DNA of 64,000 nucleotides from Neophaeotheca triangularis (GCA_054600435.1 BAAIJX010000024.1:124001-188000); one strand, 5' to 3'. Shown: positions 47,232 through 60,093, counted from the first letter of the stretch. Numbers and translations: made by a program. Notes: generated by a model not told the origin, from the letters alone.

Positions 47232-48452
47232 TTAAGGTGAGTAAGTCTCCAGTAACCGCATCGCCTCCAGCGGCAACTCTCCCCCTCCCGCCTTGACTTT
47301 TCGAAACAACTCCAACGCCTTCTTCCTCTCCCTCTCAGCAGCTTTGCGACCCCGCTCAGACAGCAGACGCTCTTCCGGACCGGGAGAGAGGCGTCTAGCC
47401 TCACCGTCACCACCGTCGTCATCGTCCCCGCCATCACCGTCAGCAGTCTCACCAGCCACACTCTCATGCAAATCCCCCACCCACAACCCCACCATTCCCC
47501 TAAGCCGAAGGAGTTCCCCACTAGAATCAAACGGCGGACTCAACAACAACTCGTCCATCCTCTCAACCAGCGCCGTTGCCTCGGTTAATTCCCCCCGCCG
47601 CATCTCCCTTACCTCAGACAGCCCACCCGCTTCCGACTTTGGCGCGAGGGGTCCTTTCCATCGTTGCTGGATTTCGTAGATCCAGACGGTGAACAGCGCC
47701 GGGTAGATTGCGCGAGCGTCGAGGATGCCGCGCGAGGCTTGGGCTGTGTAGGGGTTTTGCAGGGCTAGGCGGTCGTAGTAGGCGCGGGCTAGTGCGAGGC
47801 CCGGGGTGGTGAACACTGAGGGGTCCGGCGTTGCTGGTTTCGAGGTGGCCGGGTTCCCGTCGTTGTTCGGCTCGTCGGGTGGGTTGCTGCTTTGGTGGTG
47901 GTGGTCATGGTGGTGGTTCGGTGTCGTTCGCATCAAGATCTCTCCCCCGATGGCCCATCGTCCGTGAGCGCGGATGTCGGGGCCGCGGCCGTTGAGTTCG
48001 GATCGTAAGAGGAGGGACCAGGCTCGCGCGGCGCGGGGCCAGTCGTTGCGGAGGAGGGCGAGGTGGAGGATTGTTGTTATGTTGTCGATGTGGCGGCGTT
48101 TGGCGGAGGTTTGGGGACAGTCGTCCGAGGTGGTGGTTTTCGGGGGTCGTAGGGAGGAGAGTTCTGCTTCCAGAGTGGGGTTTGGTGGTCTTGATGATGA
48201 GGATTGTGATGATGGTGCGTGAGGGAATGGTGCCGGCGGAAGGAGTTCTTCTCGAGATGAGCCGGCGATGTGGTAGGGGTCTGTTTTGTGAACTGGGTGG
48301 GTTTTGGTGGTGGGTTCCGGGGTGGTTCGAGTTGAAGGACCGCCATTTTCGTCTTCTTCGTCGTCGATGGATGCTCGTTTTCTCTTGAGAGAGTTGGACC
48401 GGGCGGAAAGGGTTGATGATGGTATGCGATATGTTGGTTGGAATATGGGCAT
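47232..48452 (-). CDS. Probable RNA polymerase I core-factor subunit Rrn11-like protein
   Basis: KRRHIDNITTILHLALLRNDWPRAARAWSLLLR...DIRAHGRWAIGGEILM and AYYDRLALQNPY resemble the fungal Rrn11 N-terminal block. Confidence 0.65.
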   Translation of the reverse strand: MPIFQPTYRIPSSTLSARSNSLKRKRASIDDEEDENGGPSTRTTPEPTTKTHPVHKTDPYHIAGSSREELLPPAPFPHAPSSQSSSSRPPNPTLEAELSSLRPPKTTTSDDCPQTSAKRRHIDNITTILHLALLRNDWPRAARAWSLLLRSELNGRGPDIRAHGRWAIGGEILMRTTPNHHHDHHHQSSNPPDEPNNDGNPATSKPATPDPSVFTTPGLALARAYYDRLALQNPYTAQASRGILDARAIYPALFTVWIYEIQQRWKGPLAPKSEAGGLSEVREMRRGELTEATALVERMDELLLSPPFDSSGELLRLRGMVGLWVGDLHESVAGETADGDGGDDDDGGDGEARRLSPGPEERLLSERGRKAAERERKKALELFRKVKAGGGELPLEAMRLLETYSP

Positions 48453-49051
48453 GGTTTGAAGAGGCGATTATCCCGGTTTTTAGTCGTTAGTCCTGTTGTC
48501 TGAGAAATCTTGTGTTCTATTTAGGACACGGCGGCATGAATGGATAGTGATAAGTGTTGTAATGTAAAGTACAGAGAAGGTAGCGTTAATAGGCAATGTT
48601 CAGTAGGTCTTAATGAATATATCCATGCAGCAGCGAATGAAGTTAGACTGATGAAGTGCTCGCGAGTCGCATGGCGCGCATGCACCCACCGCACGGGCGC
48701 TAGCGAGCTGACCTGACGAGCGGCGAGCGAGCCTGAGAGCCTGACCCGACGGGACCTGTCTCGTACATGCTTATGCCATACTTTAGGTACTCCACTGACT
48801 GACTGGCTGACTGACTACTACCTTACCTCACGATCGCAACACCTCCTCTTCTCTTACTCGACACCCACGGCGATATACTCTCACACCCACTCACACCACT
48901 ATCATTTCTCTTCTCTTGCTTTCATTATTCATCACTACATCTCCGCACCACCACCTCCTCTTCAAGTTCCAGCGCTTTCACTTTCACCGGCCATGAACGC
49001 GGGGGATTCCCTTTCAACGTCGAGTCTCGATTGAATAAGCCCCGTCTCACC

Positions 49052-51813
49052 ATGGGTCAAGGCGCCTCACAACCGGAGCAGCGGCAGCAACACCACCACC
49101 ACCACCACCAACAAGCGACATCTACTCAGCAGGCCGGCCCTTCTAGGAGAAGATCCGTCTTTCGCCGTTTGGTGGCCGACGAGACAGACAACAGCGAGCG
49201 AGTGGAATCGAGGCCACATCGTCGCCGGAACAGTACAAACAGGCTATCTCAAATACTTCAAAGCTCGAGTGGGGACGATGGCTCACAACAGAATCAAGGA
49301 AACGATGCGCCTCGTGAGAGACCATCCACTCTACAAAGGTCGAGGACTACTCTGAGGAACGTCTTTGGTAGGAGGGAGGCTTCATCAGATGGCGACAGTA
49401 ACAGGCCAAGCACCGCACGTGCTCTTATCGGACAGCGATCCTCCTACATTCACCGACGAACACATCCGCGTGACGAATCCTCCAATTACCTCCTACCGGA
49501 CGTCGACCGCTCGACCCTCGATCTCAATTTCACCTCCGCTTCCGCTTCCGCTTCGTCTGACGCAGACCCGGTCCCTCGAACGTCACACTCCGCTTCACAC
49601 CGCAGCAGACACTCGCTCCGATTCAACCCACTTAGATCGACCGATCGTGCTGGTCCTTTCCGCACCCTAACTTCCTCCCTTCGACGAAGACGCTCGTCCC
49701 CGAGACGGAGAAACTCAACCTGGACAGAACGACCAAACGCCATGGAGGATCAGGCGGCGATGTTGAGCCGATTACTCTCAGTCGCCGCCGCTGCTACAGC
49801 TGCAACACTCATGGGGGATGATCATCAAGCTGTCAGTGAGGCCCGAAGTTTGACTGGTGGGGGTACTGGGGTAGGAGTTGGGGATGCACAGGGCGCGGAA
49901 GAGGATGGCACCTTTGATGGATTCCTTCGCGCTCTGCAGAATGGCAGGATAGCATCGGCTCTTCGACAGGGTAGTGGTGAGGGCGGCGAGGGTGAGGGAG
50001 CTCAGCAGGCTGGCCCGCTCAATTTCTTCCGCATGTTCCGTTTCGGTGCCTCTGCGCAAACAAGAAGAGATGAGGGACAATCACAGTCTCAGCCCTCGGA
50101 TAATGCCGCAGGGCCGGCTTCGGAATCGGAAGAGGGCACAAATGCTACGGATGGCAGGATGGTACCGATTATCATAGTAGGAATTCGGTCCATCAGTCCG
50201 AACGCTGCTGGTGCGAATGCGAGTACCGAAGAGTTGCCTCCATTCATCGACGCCTTGGGAAGCTTTCCTTCTCCTCTTCCAGCCAATACCATGGGAGGTG
50301 CACACCAGGACAGCATCGACTCCATTTTACGACCGCCTCAAAACGGGACTAGTTTCAGACACCGGCGAAGAGCGAGTATGGGCGGGTTTGGCATGGGCAG
50401 GAGTAGGATTAGTGAGAGGTTGGATGATAGACTGGACAACCAGCGTGATCATCGGTCGCCAGATAGGAGACGGCAAAGACCGTGGAGCATGGCAAGCTCT
50501 GACATGCGAGCACCACCCGTCACCCCAGCCACTGCGAGTCCAGAGTTGAGCCGTATCTCTAGTCGGAACAGCACGCCATCCCATTCGAGACCTACATCGC
50601 TCGTGGCTAACAGCATGCGCGATTTTGCTGGCGTGGACTCGAGACGGAATAGTGTGTTGCATCGCTCGTCAGCCGCAAGCCCGTTGTCCAGCCATACGGA
50701 AGAGACAGTCTCACTACACTCCACCCACTCCAGCACCAACCTCATGTCAGGCGAATCAGGCCGACAACGCCACAGTCACCGCCGCTCCGACACCGCGCCT
50801 AACATTCACTACCCTCGCTTTGCTTCCGGACACCCCCGACGAAACGGCGTAGTCGAGCCAGACAACCTCCCATCATTGTCAAGAACCTCCACAAGCAACG
50901 CTACAGACTCTTCCAACACTAACGGTGAGCGCAGGGGCAGTGGGAACGACAGCCGCAGTTGGATCATCTACGTGCTAGGCGGCTCTTACCCGGAAAACCA
51001 CCCCATCCTCACCACCCCGTCCCTCTTCACCGAAAACCCCACCTACGAAGACATGATGCTGCTATCAGCTCTCCTCGGCCCGGCCAAAGCCCCCGTCGCC
51101 TCCGAAGAAGACGTCGAGCAAGCCGGCGGCGTCTACACGATCGAAATTGACGCTGCTCGCACCGCGCATGAAGTCGAGCGAGCCACGGCAGAACTCCGTG
51201 GCGAAGAACCCATCGACAACTTCAAGAATCCCTCGTCTTCCGAAGCAGAGCCCGCCCCATCCCTCAAACCCCCCTACGTCAACCCCATGGCCGACGCGAC
51301 CAAAACCGCACGTCTGGTCGCTCTCGCTACCACCGAGGGCATCGAAGAGCGCTTCCCCCTCGAGCTGGGCCAGCGCTGTCTAGTCTGCCTCTGCGATTTC
51401 GAGGAAAAGGAAACGGCCCGACGGCTGGTCAAGTGCGAGCATCTCTTTCATAAGGAGTGTATTGATCAGGTGAGTTTGTTTGTCTTCTAAATGTGCGCAG
51501 TATAAGGGCTGCCCGCAAGCTAACAGAAATCTTTCATCATTAGTGGTTGACCCAAGGCCGCAATTCGTGCCCCCTCTGTCGCGGCCAGGGGGTGGATGAA
51601 AAGGAGAAGGTTGCTGCAACTACTACACAGGAAGAGGCGGATGCGGCCGCCGAGAACGACGCCGAGGCCGGCGCGCAAGATACGAGTTCTCGTGATCGGT
51701 CTCGTTCTCGTGCTGAGAGTTTTGCTTCCGCCTTACCTTCGCCTCAGTTGGCGGAGCAGGGGGGTGACGGTCCTGTCGCGCAAGCTGTTGGGATGGACGG
51801 CCGGTATGGCTAG
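49052..51813 (+). CDS. RING-H2 E3 ubiquitin ligase; exons 49052-51469, 51544-51813
   Basis: The spliced RING-H2 reads CLVCLCDF...CEHLFHKECIDQ|WLTQGRNSCPLCR. Conserved blocks are LNFFRMFRF, MVPIIIVGIRS and RSWIIYVLGGSYPENHPILTTPSLFTENPTYEDM. The N-terminal MGQGAS is myristoylation-like. Confidence 0.88.
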
Positions 51814-53504
51814 ACTGGCTAGGGGCTCTTTCGTTTGCGTCGCGAGCGCGAGTTTGCTGGCCTGGTCTTTGTGCTTGTACGTTCACAGCGCTGGCCTGGT
51901 GTAGTGGAGTGGGATGGGTCTTTACGGCATTTCCGCGCTCTCGACCATCAACGTCATTATCGCCATCATCATCGTCATTTTCCGGACGGCTGTCTTCGTT
52001 TATAAAGGGACCGGGGTGGCTATTGCTGCTTTGCACCAGAGATAGCGCGGAGAAGTCATGGGCCAACAACCGAAATGTCTCGCTCTGAAGAGCAAAAGCA
52101 GAAGTTCGAGCTGGCTTAAGCTGGTGGACTTTGATTTAATGGGATCGACGAGTGAGAAGTGCTTGGGAAGTCGTGGGAAGCGATCGGTGGTTTAATGGAT
52201 CTAATTTGCCCGGATCCGGATCAGATCATATCAATCGGGTCTCGGAGCTCGAGCGGAAGGGAAGGGATGGGATGAGGTGCAACGTGTCATTATTTGGGCT
52301 GGCAAAGGGCAACTCGAGGCTCAACTAGGGGGTTTTTTCGGCGGGTCATTGTTTTTTTTTTCTCTTCTTTACTGGCTTCGGTTTCAGCGGGGCGGTGGGA
52401 GGGGGGGCATGATACTCACGACTCGATTTCGTTGTTTCCTTTTGCTCTCTTTTTATCGGTGCGGGCAATGGTTTATACCGTTATGGCGACCATGGGGAAG
52501 GTCATTACTGTAGCGTATTTCGTATCGCAAGGTACTATGCATAGCGGCTTCTTTGCACTAGTTTCTTGGTTGCTTAATCGTTACGGTCAGTCGTCTACCC
52601 ATCTGTCTGTCTGATTTTCCCTTTGCCTATTCATCACGCACGCCATAGTCTTGAAAGGCGGGTTCCGCTGCCACGCCGATTGATTGCCGTCCACTGCCCT
52701 GAAGGCGAGGTGACCTTGGAATGAACTTAGTCAGCACACACCCTCGGTCGGTGCAGGTGTCGTCCGTCGGTCTACAGATGCGAACTCCCCGTTCTGAAAC
52801 ATCCAATATTTAGCGTAAGCGGGGTGGCGGGCGAATCATGGTGCATGCGTTGTGGGTTTTGGGACGTCACCTCTGCTTTGAACTTCACGTTCCCTAGTCA
52901 ATAAGGTACCTTAGGTGCAATGCCTCGATATCTTTGTTGTCTCACTAACAATAAGAGGCCGCGTGGTGTTGAGACAACTCCGAATACAATACCCTGTATC
53001 ACTGTACCTACCTAAGACAGAGTGTCGCAAAGTCTACGATACACTAGGGATTGAAGTTAAGTACTTATCCCTACCTTACACCATCACGTCTTCCTCTTCT
53101 TCCTCTTCCTTTGTTTAACCATAAAAGCTCTTGATTACCTCCGCAACCTTCTATTTACGACACATACACCCAAAGCCAAGACCTCATTCCCTAAGATAGT
53201 CAATTACGCCTATCCGCCTCCCGCACGAAAGAGGACTCGAGCATTTTGAGCCTGGAACCCGGCTTCTCGATAAGCTGCTCGGTCAAACGGCGCTGTTCGC
53301 AGAACTTCCATCCCGAATCAACTTTCAATCCAGCTCCGCCATCGCCGTTTACCCCCCAAATCCTCGCAAAGCCACAATCCCCGCAACCCTCGCCAAACCC
53401 GCCCCCACCCAACACCAAGACCAACCCTCCCAATCCCAGTGTTTACTCCACCGCCACCTGAAATCGAAACTCCAAACACTTCGCCCAACACGGCCGCCGC
53501 GAGG

Positions 53505-54200
53505 ATGAAAACAACAACTTACCTCGGCTACGGGTCCAACCTCTGGCGTTCGCAAATGCAGAGCCGCTGTCCGACGGCGGGGTTTGTCGGGATAGCCAGA
53601 TTGAGGGGGTTTAGGTGGATGATTAACCAGAGGGGGTATGCTAATGTTGTCGAAATTGATCCTTCAATTGAGATCGAGGCTTGGAAGGGCGAGAGGGTGG
53701 TTACTGGAAGCGAGGTCGGCCGAGAGGGTGTTGGGTATGACGGTGACGACGGTGACGGCAAGGGAAAGGGGAGGAAGCACGACTACACTCACGAAGTATG
53801 GGGACTCGTCTACACGCTCCGCAAAGCCGACGAAGAGGGCCTCGATGGCAACGAAGGCGTGCCCGTCGCTTATACAAAGGAATATCTGGAATGCGATTTT
53901 TGGCCGCTGGATTCTTCGTTCTCCTCCAAGCAGCTACAAGCCCAAACCCCAAGCTCCAATAATAAGAATAGTTTCGCCCCCTCCGACAATACGCCCGCTC
54001 CCAACCTCCCGATCGACACTTCCAAACCCCCACAAAAGACCACAATGCTCGTCTACATCAACCGCAAGCAAATCACCGACGCAAATCCGAAGACAGAGTA
54101 CGTGTACAGGATGAACCAGGGAGTGAAAGATGGTCTCGAAGCGGGGGTTCCCGAGGGGTATGTGGAAGAGGTTATCCGGGAGTTTATTCCCGCCGAATGA
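53505..54200 (+). CDS. Gamma-glutamylcyclotransferase (GGCT/AIG2-like)
   Basis: Contains YLGYGSNLW, QMQSRCP, WMINQRGYANVV, VWGLVYTL, LDGNEGVP (catalytic Glu position) and PKTEYVYRMNQG. Confidence 0.88.
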   Translation: MKTTTYLGYGSNLWRSQMQSRCPTAGFVGIARLRGFRWMINQRGYANVVEIDPSIEIEAWKGERVVTGSEVGREGVGYDGDDGDGKGKGRKHDYTHEVWGLVYTLRKADEEGLDGNEGVPVAYTKEYLECDFWPLDSSFSSKQLQAQTPSSNNKNSFAPSDNTPAPNLPIDTSKPPQKTTMLVYINRKQITDANPKTEYVYRMNQGVKDGLEAGVPEGYVEEVIREFIPAE

Positions 54201-55435
54201 TCGGACGCTTGACTACGGGGAAGGAGGGGGAAGGTGGTGGGTGACGAGTGAAGACGCGGGCGTAAATGCGGGGTGATGGATTGTAGTTTCATTGGGGAGG
54301 GGCTTCGGGCAGGCGAGGAAGGAGGGTGTGTGGCCGTAGGGGAACAAGGCCGGGGATGGAGTACAGGTGTCCGGCTCTCGGGTCGAGAACCACCACTGCA
54401 CTGGACAGGCAAGGACGTACGTTGGAAAGCAGTCCCGCCAGCCAGATCTGCAGACTTCTTCGCCACCACTCTTGGCTCGTATAGGCCCTCTAGACACTAG
54501 CTGGTCCGCCCTCGTCTCCCATTCTCCCCATGGTCGATTCAATCAATCCCACTCCTCTCTTGAAAGTTCATTTCTTCCCCAACAAGCACGTGCCCGGCCC
54601 CGCACCCCTCCCTCACTCCCTCCCTCGCTTTCTCACAGCCCACGCCAAAGCCTATCACTCACCACCCTGCGCTCAAGCGACTCGCAAACTCCCGACTGGC
54701 AATCTTCCTTAAATCGCAAAGACGAATTGCGATCCCTCGTGGATAACAAGCCATATCCCACGAGCGAGGGAAAATCGAGCAGGTAAAAAAAAAGAAAAAA
54801 AGAATAGAAGAATAGAAGAACATACGCGCCACCAGCCAGCCTAACGGAAAGGCCACCCGCTCCCTCCCTTCCACTCGCGAGTCGAACCCGACAACTCGGT
54901 TCAGGACTGCTGGAGTAGCTAGCTAGCGGGATGGCTTTGATCTGCCGAGTTCTCAGGTTTCGAGCTCGAGGATGGGAGGAAGCGTGGAGGTCTTTTTTTC
55001 CTGTTCTGCCCCTGTGGCGAGGGGAGGAGTGTGGCAATCTTGATCTTTGGGAAGGGCTGTGGACGCGGGGAAAGGGTTTTTGTGAGACGGGGTTGGGGTT
55101 GCTTGGGCTTCTTTTTTGGACAGGCTGCCTAGATGATCGAGGGTCGTGCCAAGTGGGTTTGTACCTTCTGGTTGTTGTGGTGTTTGTTGGTGTTGGTGTT
55201 GGTGTTTCGTTGGGCGTGTTCGTTAGCTTTGCGAAATTCGCATTTTGTGTCTTAGATCGTCGATTTAGGAAGAAACATGTTTTGAGGGTATCGTGAGCTT
55301 GATGAAATCCCTGAGCTCCCTTGGTCTCTCTCTGACTCTCGGTCACACACACACGTACACTAATCCTTTTCTCTCTCTCTCTCTCGCGCAACTCGGCCCT
55401 TACAACTACAATAACCCCACCTCCCGCCTTCCCCC

Positions 55436-56483
55436 TCACATCTGATACCCCAACCCCTCTTCCCCCAGCTTCTCCCTCAAAACACTCCCACAAAGCTCCC
55501 AAAGCCGTTCCTGCAACTTGACATCCTCAGCCTGCTTACTAACCCCGGAAACCTTGTTATCGGGAACCACATAGGCGCCATCGAGCTCCGCGCCCCTCTC
55601 GCCCACAACCCCTGCCGTCGCAGCCCACAACACAGGCCTACAGCCCTCATCGACTGGATCCTTCATAAATGGCCTAACAGCCTTGACACCCAATTTGCCC
55701 ATGCTGCCGTATGCTTCGACCGCCTGATCCTGCTGCCCCGTCACCACGCCACCGGGGTGGCAGGTTAGAATCCAGGGCGCGGCGTTGGATTGGAAGCCCA
55801 GCTTCCCTTGCGATTTCCGCCTAGCGAGAGCTTTGGCGTGCAAGATTTGGGCGAGCTTGGAGCGGGCGTAGAGTTTGCTGGGGCCGATATCGGTGTTGAT
55901 TTCGTCGAGGGAGGAGAAGGCGACTTGCGAGGTGCCGAGGCGGTGGAATTCGCTGGATTGCAGGACGAGGCGCGAGTTGGCTGTTTTTTGAAGGAGCGGG
56001 AGTAGGTGCATGGATAGGTGGAATTGGGAGAAGACGTTGACGAGCATGTGCGTGTCGATGCCATCCGGGGTGGATTCCTCGTAGGGGCCTACGCCTAGAC
56101 CTGCGTTGAGGATTAGGCCGTCCAGGCGGGTGAGGGTTTGGGCGAGTTGGCGCGCGGTGCTGTCAACGGCGGAAAGGTCGTCGAGGTCGAGCTGCATGGG
56201 GATTACGCGGGAGGTGTCGCCGTAGCTGGAGAGGGAAGAGTGCGCTTCGGCTATGTGGGATTCCTTTTTGCCTAGGAGGTAGAGTTGGGCGCAGTTGTGT
56301 TGGAGGAGGTGCGCGCAGATGCCGTAGCCTTTTGATTTTGTGTTAGTGGTCGGAGGCGAAGGGGTGGGTTTGGAATTGCTGCTTGCCTATGCCTGCGCTA
56401 CCGCCTGTCACTATATAGATCTTGTCAGTGAGATCGGGAATGTCGGTATTGGGGTCGAATTTGTTGTCGTTGGAGCCTGGCAT
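55436..56483 (-). CDS. Short-chain dehydrogenase/reductase (retinol-DH/WWOX-like); exons 56483-56387, 56328-55436 (GC-AG intron)
   Basis: Contains DIPDLTDKIYIVTGGSAGIG|YG (TGxxxGxG), LILNAG, QSS, YARSK (YxxxK) and HPGGV. Confidence 0.9.
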
Positions 56484-57083
56484 GGTTGCGAATGGACGGT
56501 TGATAGGGGGTGATGCTGGTGTGACTATTGGTGGTTGCTTCTGGGGGGGATTTTTGGTAGTTGGGAGATGGGAAGGCTTGGTATGCTTTCCAATTGTTGT
56601 AATAATCGGAAGTCACCCGTGAATGCATTAAGGCAAGGAAGACTATGTCATGGTATCATCATAGACTGCGCGCCAGACTTCACCATACCTAGGTAGGTAG
56701 GTAGGGTAGCTATCCTGTCCTACCTCGATACGTCAATGCTCTTGGCTAGTTACCAATATACCCTAAGTAGTGGTAGTATCGTGGCCAAGTCTGTGCCTCA
56801 GCTGCCCGACGACATGTCACATCTGAAGAAGGTGGAGAGAGGTATAATACAGATGTATGTTGTTGGTCGAGTTGTCTCGGGTCTGTATACTACCTACTTT
56901 AGGTAGTAGGTAAGTACATGAGGTAATGTCTGATCAACCCCCACTTCCCGCCCCCACACTCTCCCGAACGCGTGCGCGACAGCTTGCCAAAAAGAGCCCG
57001 GTGGATCAGGGAGCAATAGCAAAACCACCTACTTCTCCATCACGCACATGAAACGCATTCCCAACCCACCCGTACCCCTCACA

Positions 57084-58034
57084 ATGGCCTCCCAATCGCC
57101 ATCCCCACCACCCTCATACGACTGGCAGCAACTAGCCACAACCCTCCTCTCCCCAACCCCCACCATTATCGCCCTAACCCTCGTGACCGCCCTAACCCTC
57201 CCCATCCTCTTCCACCTCTACCTCTACCACACCGCCCCCTCGCAAACCGGCTCCAACCTACCCACCATCCTCCTCGCCGGCCCCTCCAACTCGGGTAAAA
57301 CCACCCTCCTCACCCTCTTGGCAACCGGCAGCCCCAGCGAAACCCACACCTCCCAAACCCCGCAATCCGCCCTCTGCAAACTCCCCCAAACCCTCCGCAG
57401 CAAAGCCGACCGCTACCGCAGCGAAAACGACACCTCGGCACGAGAGCGACCCCAGTTCCTCCTCCTCGACACACCCGGGCACGGCAAACTGCGCCACCAC
57501 GCCTTCGCCGCTCTCGCCGACCCGGCGAGCAGCAAACAGCCGGAGCCCGCGGCAGTGAGGAACCTTCGCGGTCTCGTCTTCGTAGCCGACAGCGCCGCGT
57601 GCGCGACGCAAGCCGGCTTGACGGCCACGGCCGAGTATTTGCACCATTTGTTGTTGCGGTTGCAGAAACGGCACACGCGGCACCCCGGGTCGAAACCGCC
57701 GGCGCCCGTGCCTGTGTTGGTTGCGGCGGGGAAGCAGGATGTTTTTACCGCTTTGCCGGCGGGGTTGGTGGGGAGGAGGTTGGAAGAGGAGGTGGGCAGG
57801 GTTAGGGAGAGTCGGAGTCGCGGCGTTGTTGGGGTTGAGGGGGAGGGGGAGGCTGGAGCCGCCGAGGATGAGGCCGAGTGGTTGGGGGAGTTTGGGGAGG
57901 GGAGAGCGTTTGAGTTTCGCGAGTTGGAGCAGTTTGGGGTTGAGGTGAGGGTTGTTGGGGGGAGTGGGAGGGGGGAGGGGGAGAGTGGGGTTGGGGTTCA
58001 GGGGTGGTGGGATTGGATCGCTGAGGTCTTGTGA
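57084..58034 (+). CDS. SRP102: Signal recognition particle receptor beta subunit
   Basis: An N-terminal TM anchor precedes LLAGPSNSGKT, THTSQ, LLDTPGHGKLR, GLVFVADS, VAAGKQD and LEEEVGRVRESRSRG. Confidence 0.92.
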   Translation: MASQSPSPPPSYDWQQLATTLLSPTPTIIALTLVTALTLPILFHLYLYHTAPSQTGSNLPTILLAGPSNSGKTTLLTLLATGSPSETHTSQTPQSALCKLPQTLRSKADRYRSENDTSARERPQFLLLDTPGHGKLRHHAFAALADPASSKQPEPAAVRNLRGLVFVADSAACATQAGLTATAEYLHHLLLRLQKRHTRHPGSKPPAPVPVLVAAGKQDVFTALPAGLVGRRLEEEVGRVRESRSRGVVGVEGEGEAGAAEDEAEWLGEFGEGRAFEFRELEQFGVEVRVVGGSGRGEGESGVGVQGWWDWIAEVL

Positions 58035-59530
58035 TGAGGGAAGTTGAGATCTGACGTGGAAATGGTGAAATTAAGAGCTTGCGCCTTGTAGGTGACAGCG
58101 GTGGCGAGGCATCCCAAGAACCGAGCCCGAGACAAACTGCCTGGCTTTCGTATCCCATGCCCTACAAAGCTACAAATAACGCAAGACCGTCAAAATTCCC
58201 ACGACACCCACAAGCACCCGACGAACACCAGAGAACAAAACGCCCAGAACCCAGGATAACAAGCGTCCTCAACCCCTTACACAACAACACCCCCCCAAGA
58301 CCCCCAATAGTTCCAGCCCAGCCGTCACAGCAACAGCCAAACCCCGGCCGACTGCCAAAGCACTCGCCCACCCACATACTGGACCAATCACCGCGTTCCA
58401 ACCGCACACATACATGCAAGCGTGCTCGTTGTCACTTGCCCGGTTTTCGTGAGAAGACGACTACCTTACCTACTGTGGAGACTCATTTGCGGTGGTGGAC
58501 GAAACGCGGCAGCTTGCAGGCATCCATAGCGAGAGGAAGCGGAGAGATGGAGGTGTGAGGAATGAGCTGCTAAACACACACAAACACACACGCACACGCA
58601 CACACACAAGCAGTGCGCGGCGCGACGTTCACGAAAGGTGATATGGAATTCTTCAATCTGCTTTCGTTGCCTGGCGTCCGGGGGTGAAGTCGAGATCGGG
58701 AGAAGGATTGATCTAGAGAAGCGTTTGTAGCGGGCTCGAGTGGTGGACTACAGTGACTACTTGGATGAGAATCTTGCTGTGGTGTATCGTTTGCACATGT
58801 CAGGTTGGGTAGTTCTCTGACAGCTTAGATGATACAGCTCATTTTACTGTTCCAGTTATTTTACAGACGTTTGACTTGGACTTCAGAACCCTTCCAGGGT
58901 ATACAGTTCGAGTCCCATGTACACGGCTGTGAGAGATGATAGCTCGCAAATGTAACGATGAGAGTTGCTCTCGAGAACACTGAACATGCGGCTTGACTAC
59001 GTACGCCGAGTTGCAGACATGTTGGCTACGAATTCAAGGGAGATGTCATTAGCACATATACTTTCCTTTTGGCCTGAGACACTACTATTGAAATATTGCC
59101 AGATTGGGTGGCCGCGAACAGTCGTGGGTGGCCTTATACCCCCTAGACAGGCAACTCCAGAGAGCGAGGCTCACATCTACCGCTCGCTCATGGAGGTTGG
59201 CTGCAAAACATAGCCACCCAGAGCATAAGCAGATATTTTTGCGAGAAGCTCAACGGGGCGTAGGTGGTGCCATGGAAGGCACGGGGATAAGGGGAAGGAT
59301 ATTGGCAATCAAGCATCATCATCAGGCTTTACGCCATCCGAATCAGCGACACCTGGTATGGGCAAACGTCTTGCTTGGCATTGATGCTAGCTACGAAGTG
59401 CCCAAAAAGAGAGCGCGTCTCTCGGCAGCTTGTTGTCTTGGTGGAACTATGGGTATCATGGACCGAGGTACCAGGCTTTGCCGGGAATTTTGACCGCTGA
59501 AAAACGCGCCAGCCATCGTGGGCGAGGCGC

Positions 59531-60093
59531 TTATCGGGGGAGGCGGTCACCGAAGCGGCGGGGACGGTCGGCGACTTGCTGCTGCTGGACGGCAACGACG
59601 TTGACGGGGATGGAGTCGAACTGTAGAAACACAACAACATCAGTAAACGATCTTCTTCCATCTTCACGTGTCAAAACTTACGCCCATGGACTTGAGCATG
59701 TCCTTGGTCTCCTGGTCGACATCCAACTGTCCGCTTTCGGTGTTCTGGGTGAAGTCGAGAGCAGAGATTTCGGGAACGTATTGATCCTTGCGCTCACGCT
59801 CCTCCTCTTGCAGCTTGAAGGAGATGCCGCGCACGGGACCGCGCTGGATACGCTTCATCAAGTGAGTGGTGTAACCGGCGATCTAACAGTACAAGTGTTA
59901 GTGTGCGATTCTCATATTTTCGTAGGGCGCATTGTCCGCTTTTTACCTTGTTCCTCAAACGCTTGCTGGAGATGACGGCAATCTCATCACAGATGCGCTT
60001 GTTGGTCTCAAAGTCAAGGGTCAGGCGCGGGTAGTAGCGCTCAATCATGACCTTGGCGGACTTCTTGACGGTCTTTGTGCGGACGCGACCCAT
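59531..60093 (-). CDS. RPS17: 40S ribosomal protein S17 (eS17); exons 60093-59947, 59882-59682, 59620-59531
   Basis: The spliced product reads [33 protein letters not shown]...[43 protein letters not shown]. Confidence 0.98.

Noticed and set aside
54633..55502. 289-aa minus-strand ORF downstream of the SDR
   Set aside because: No recognisable motifs. It runs through (GA)n/(GT)n and poly-T tracts, so it is most likely 3' UTR or intergenic.
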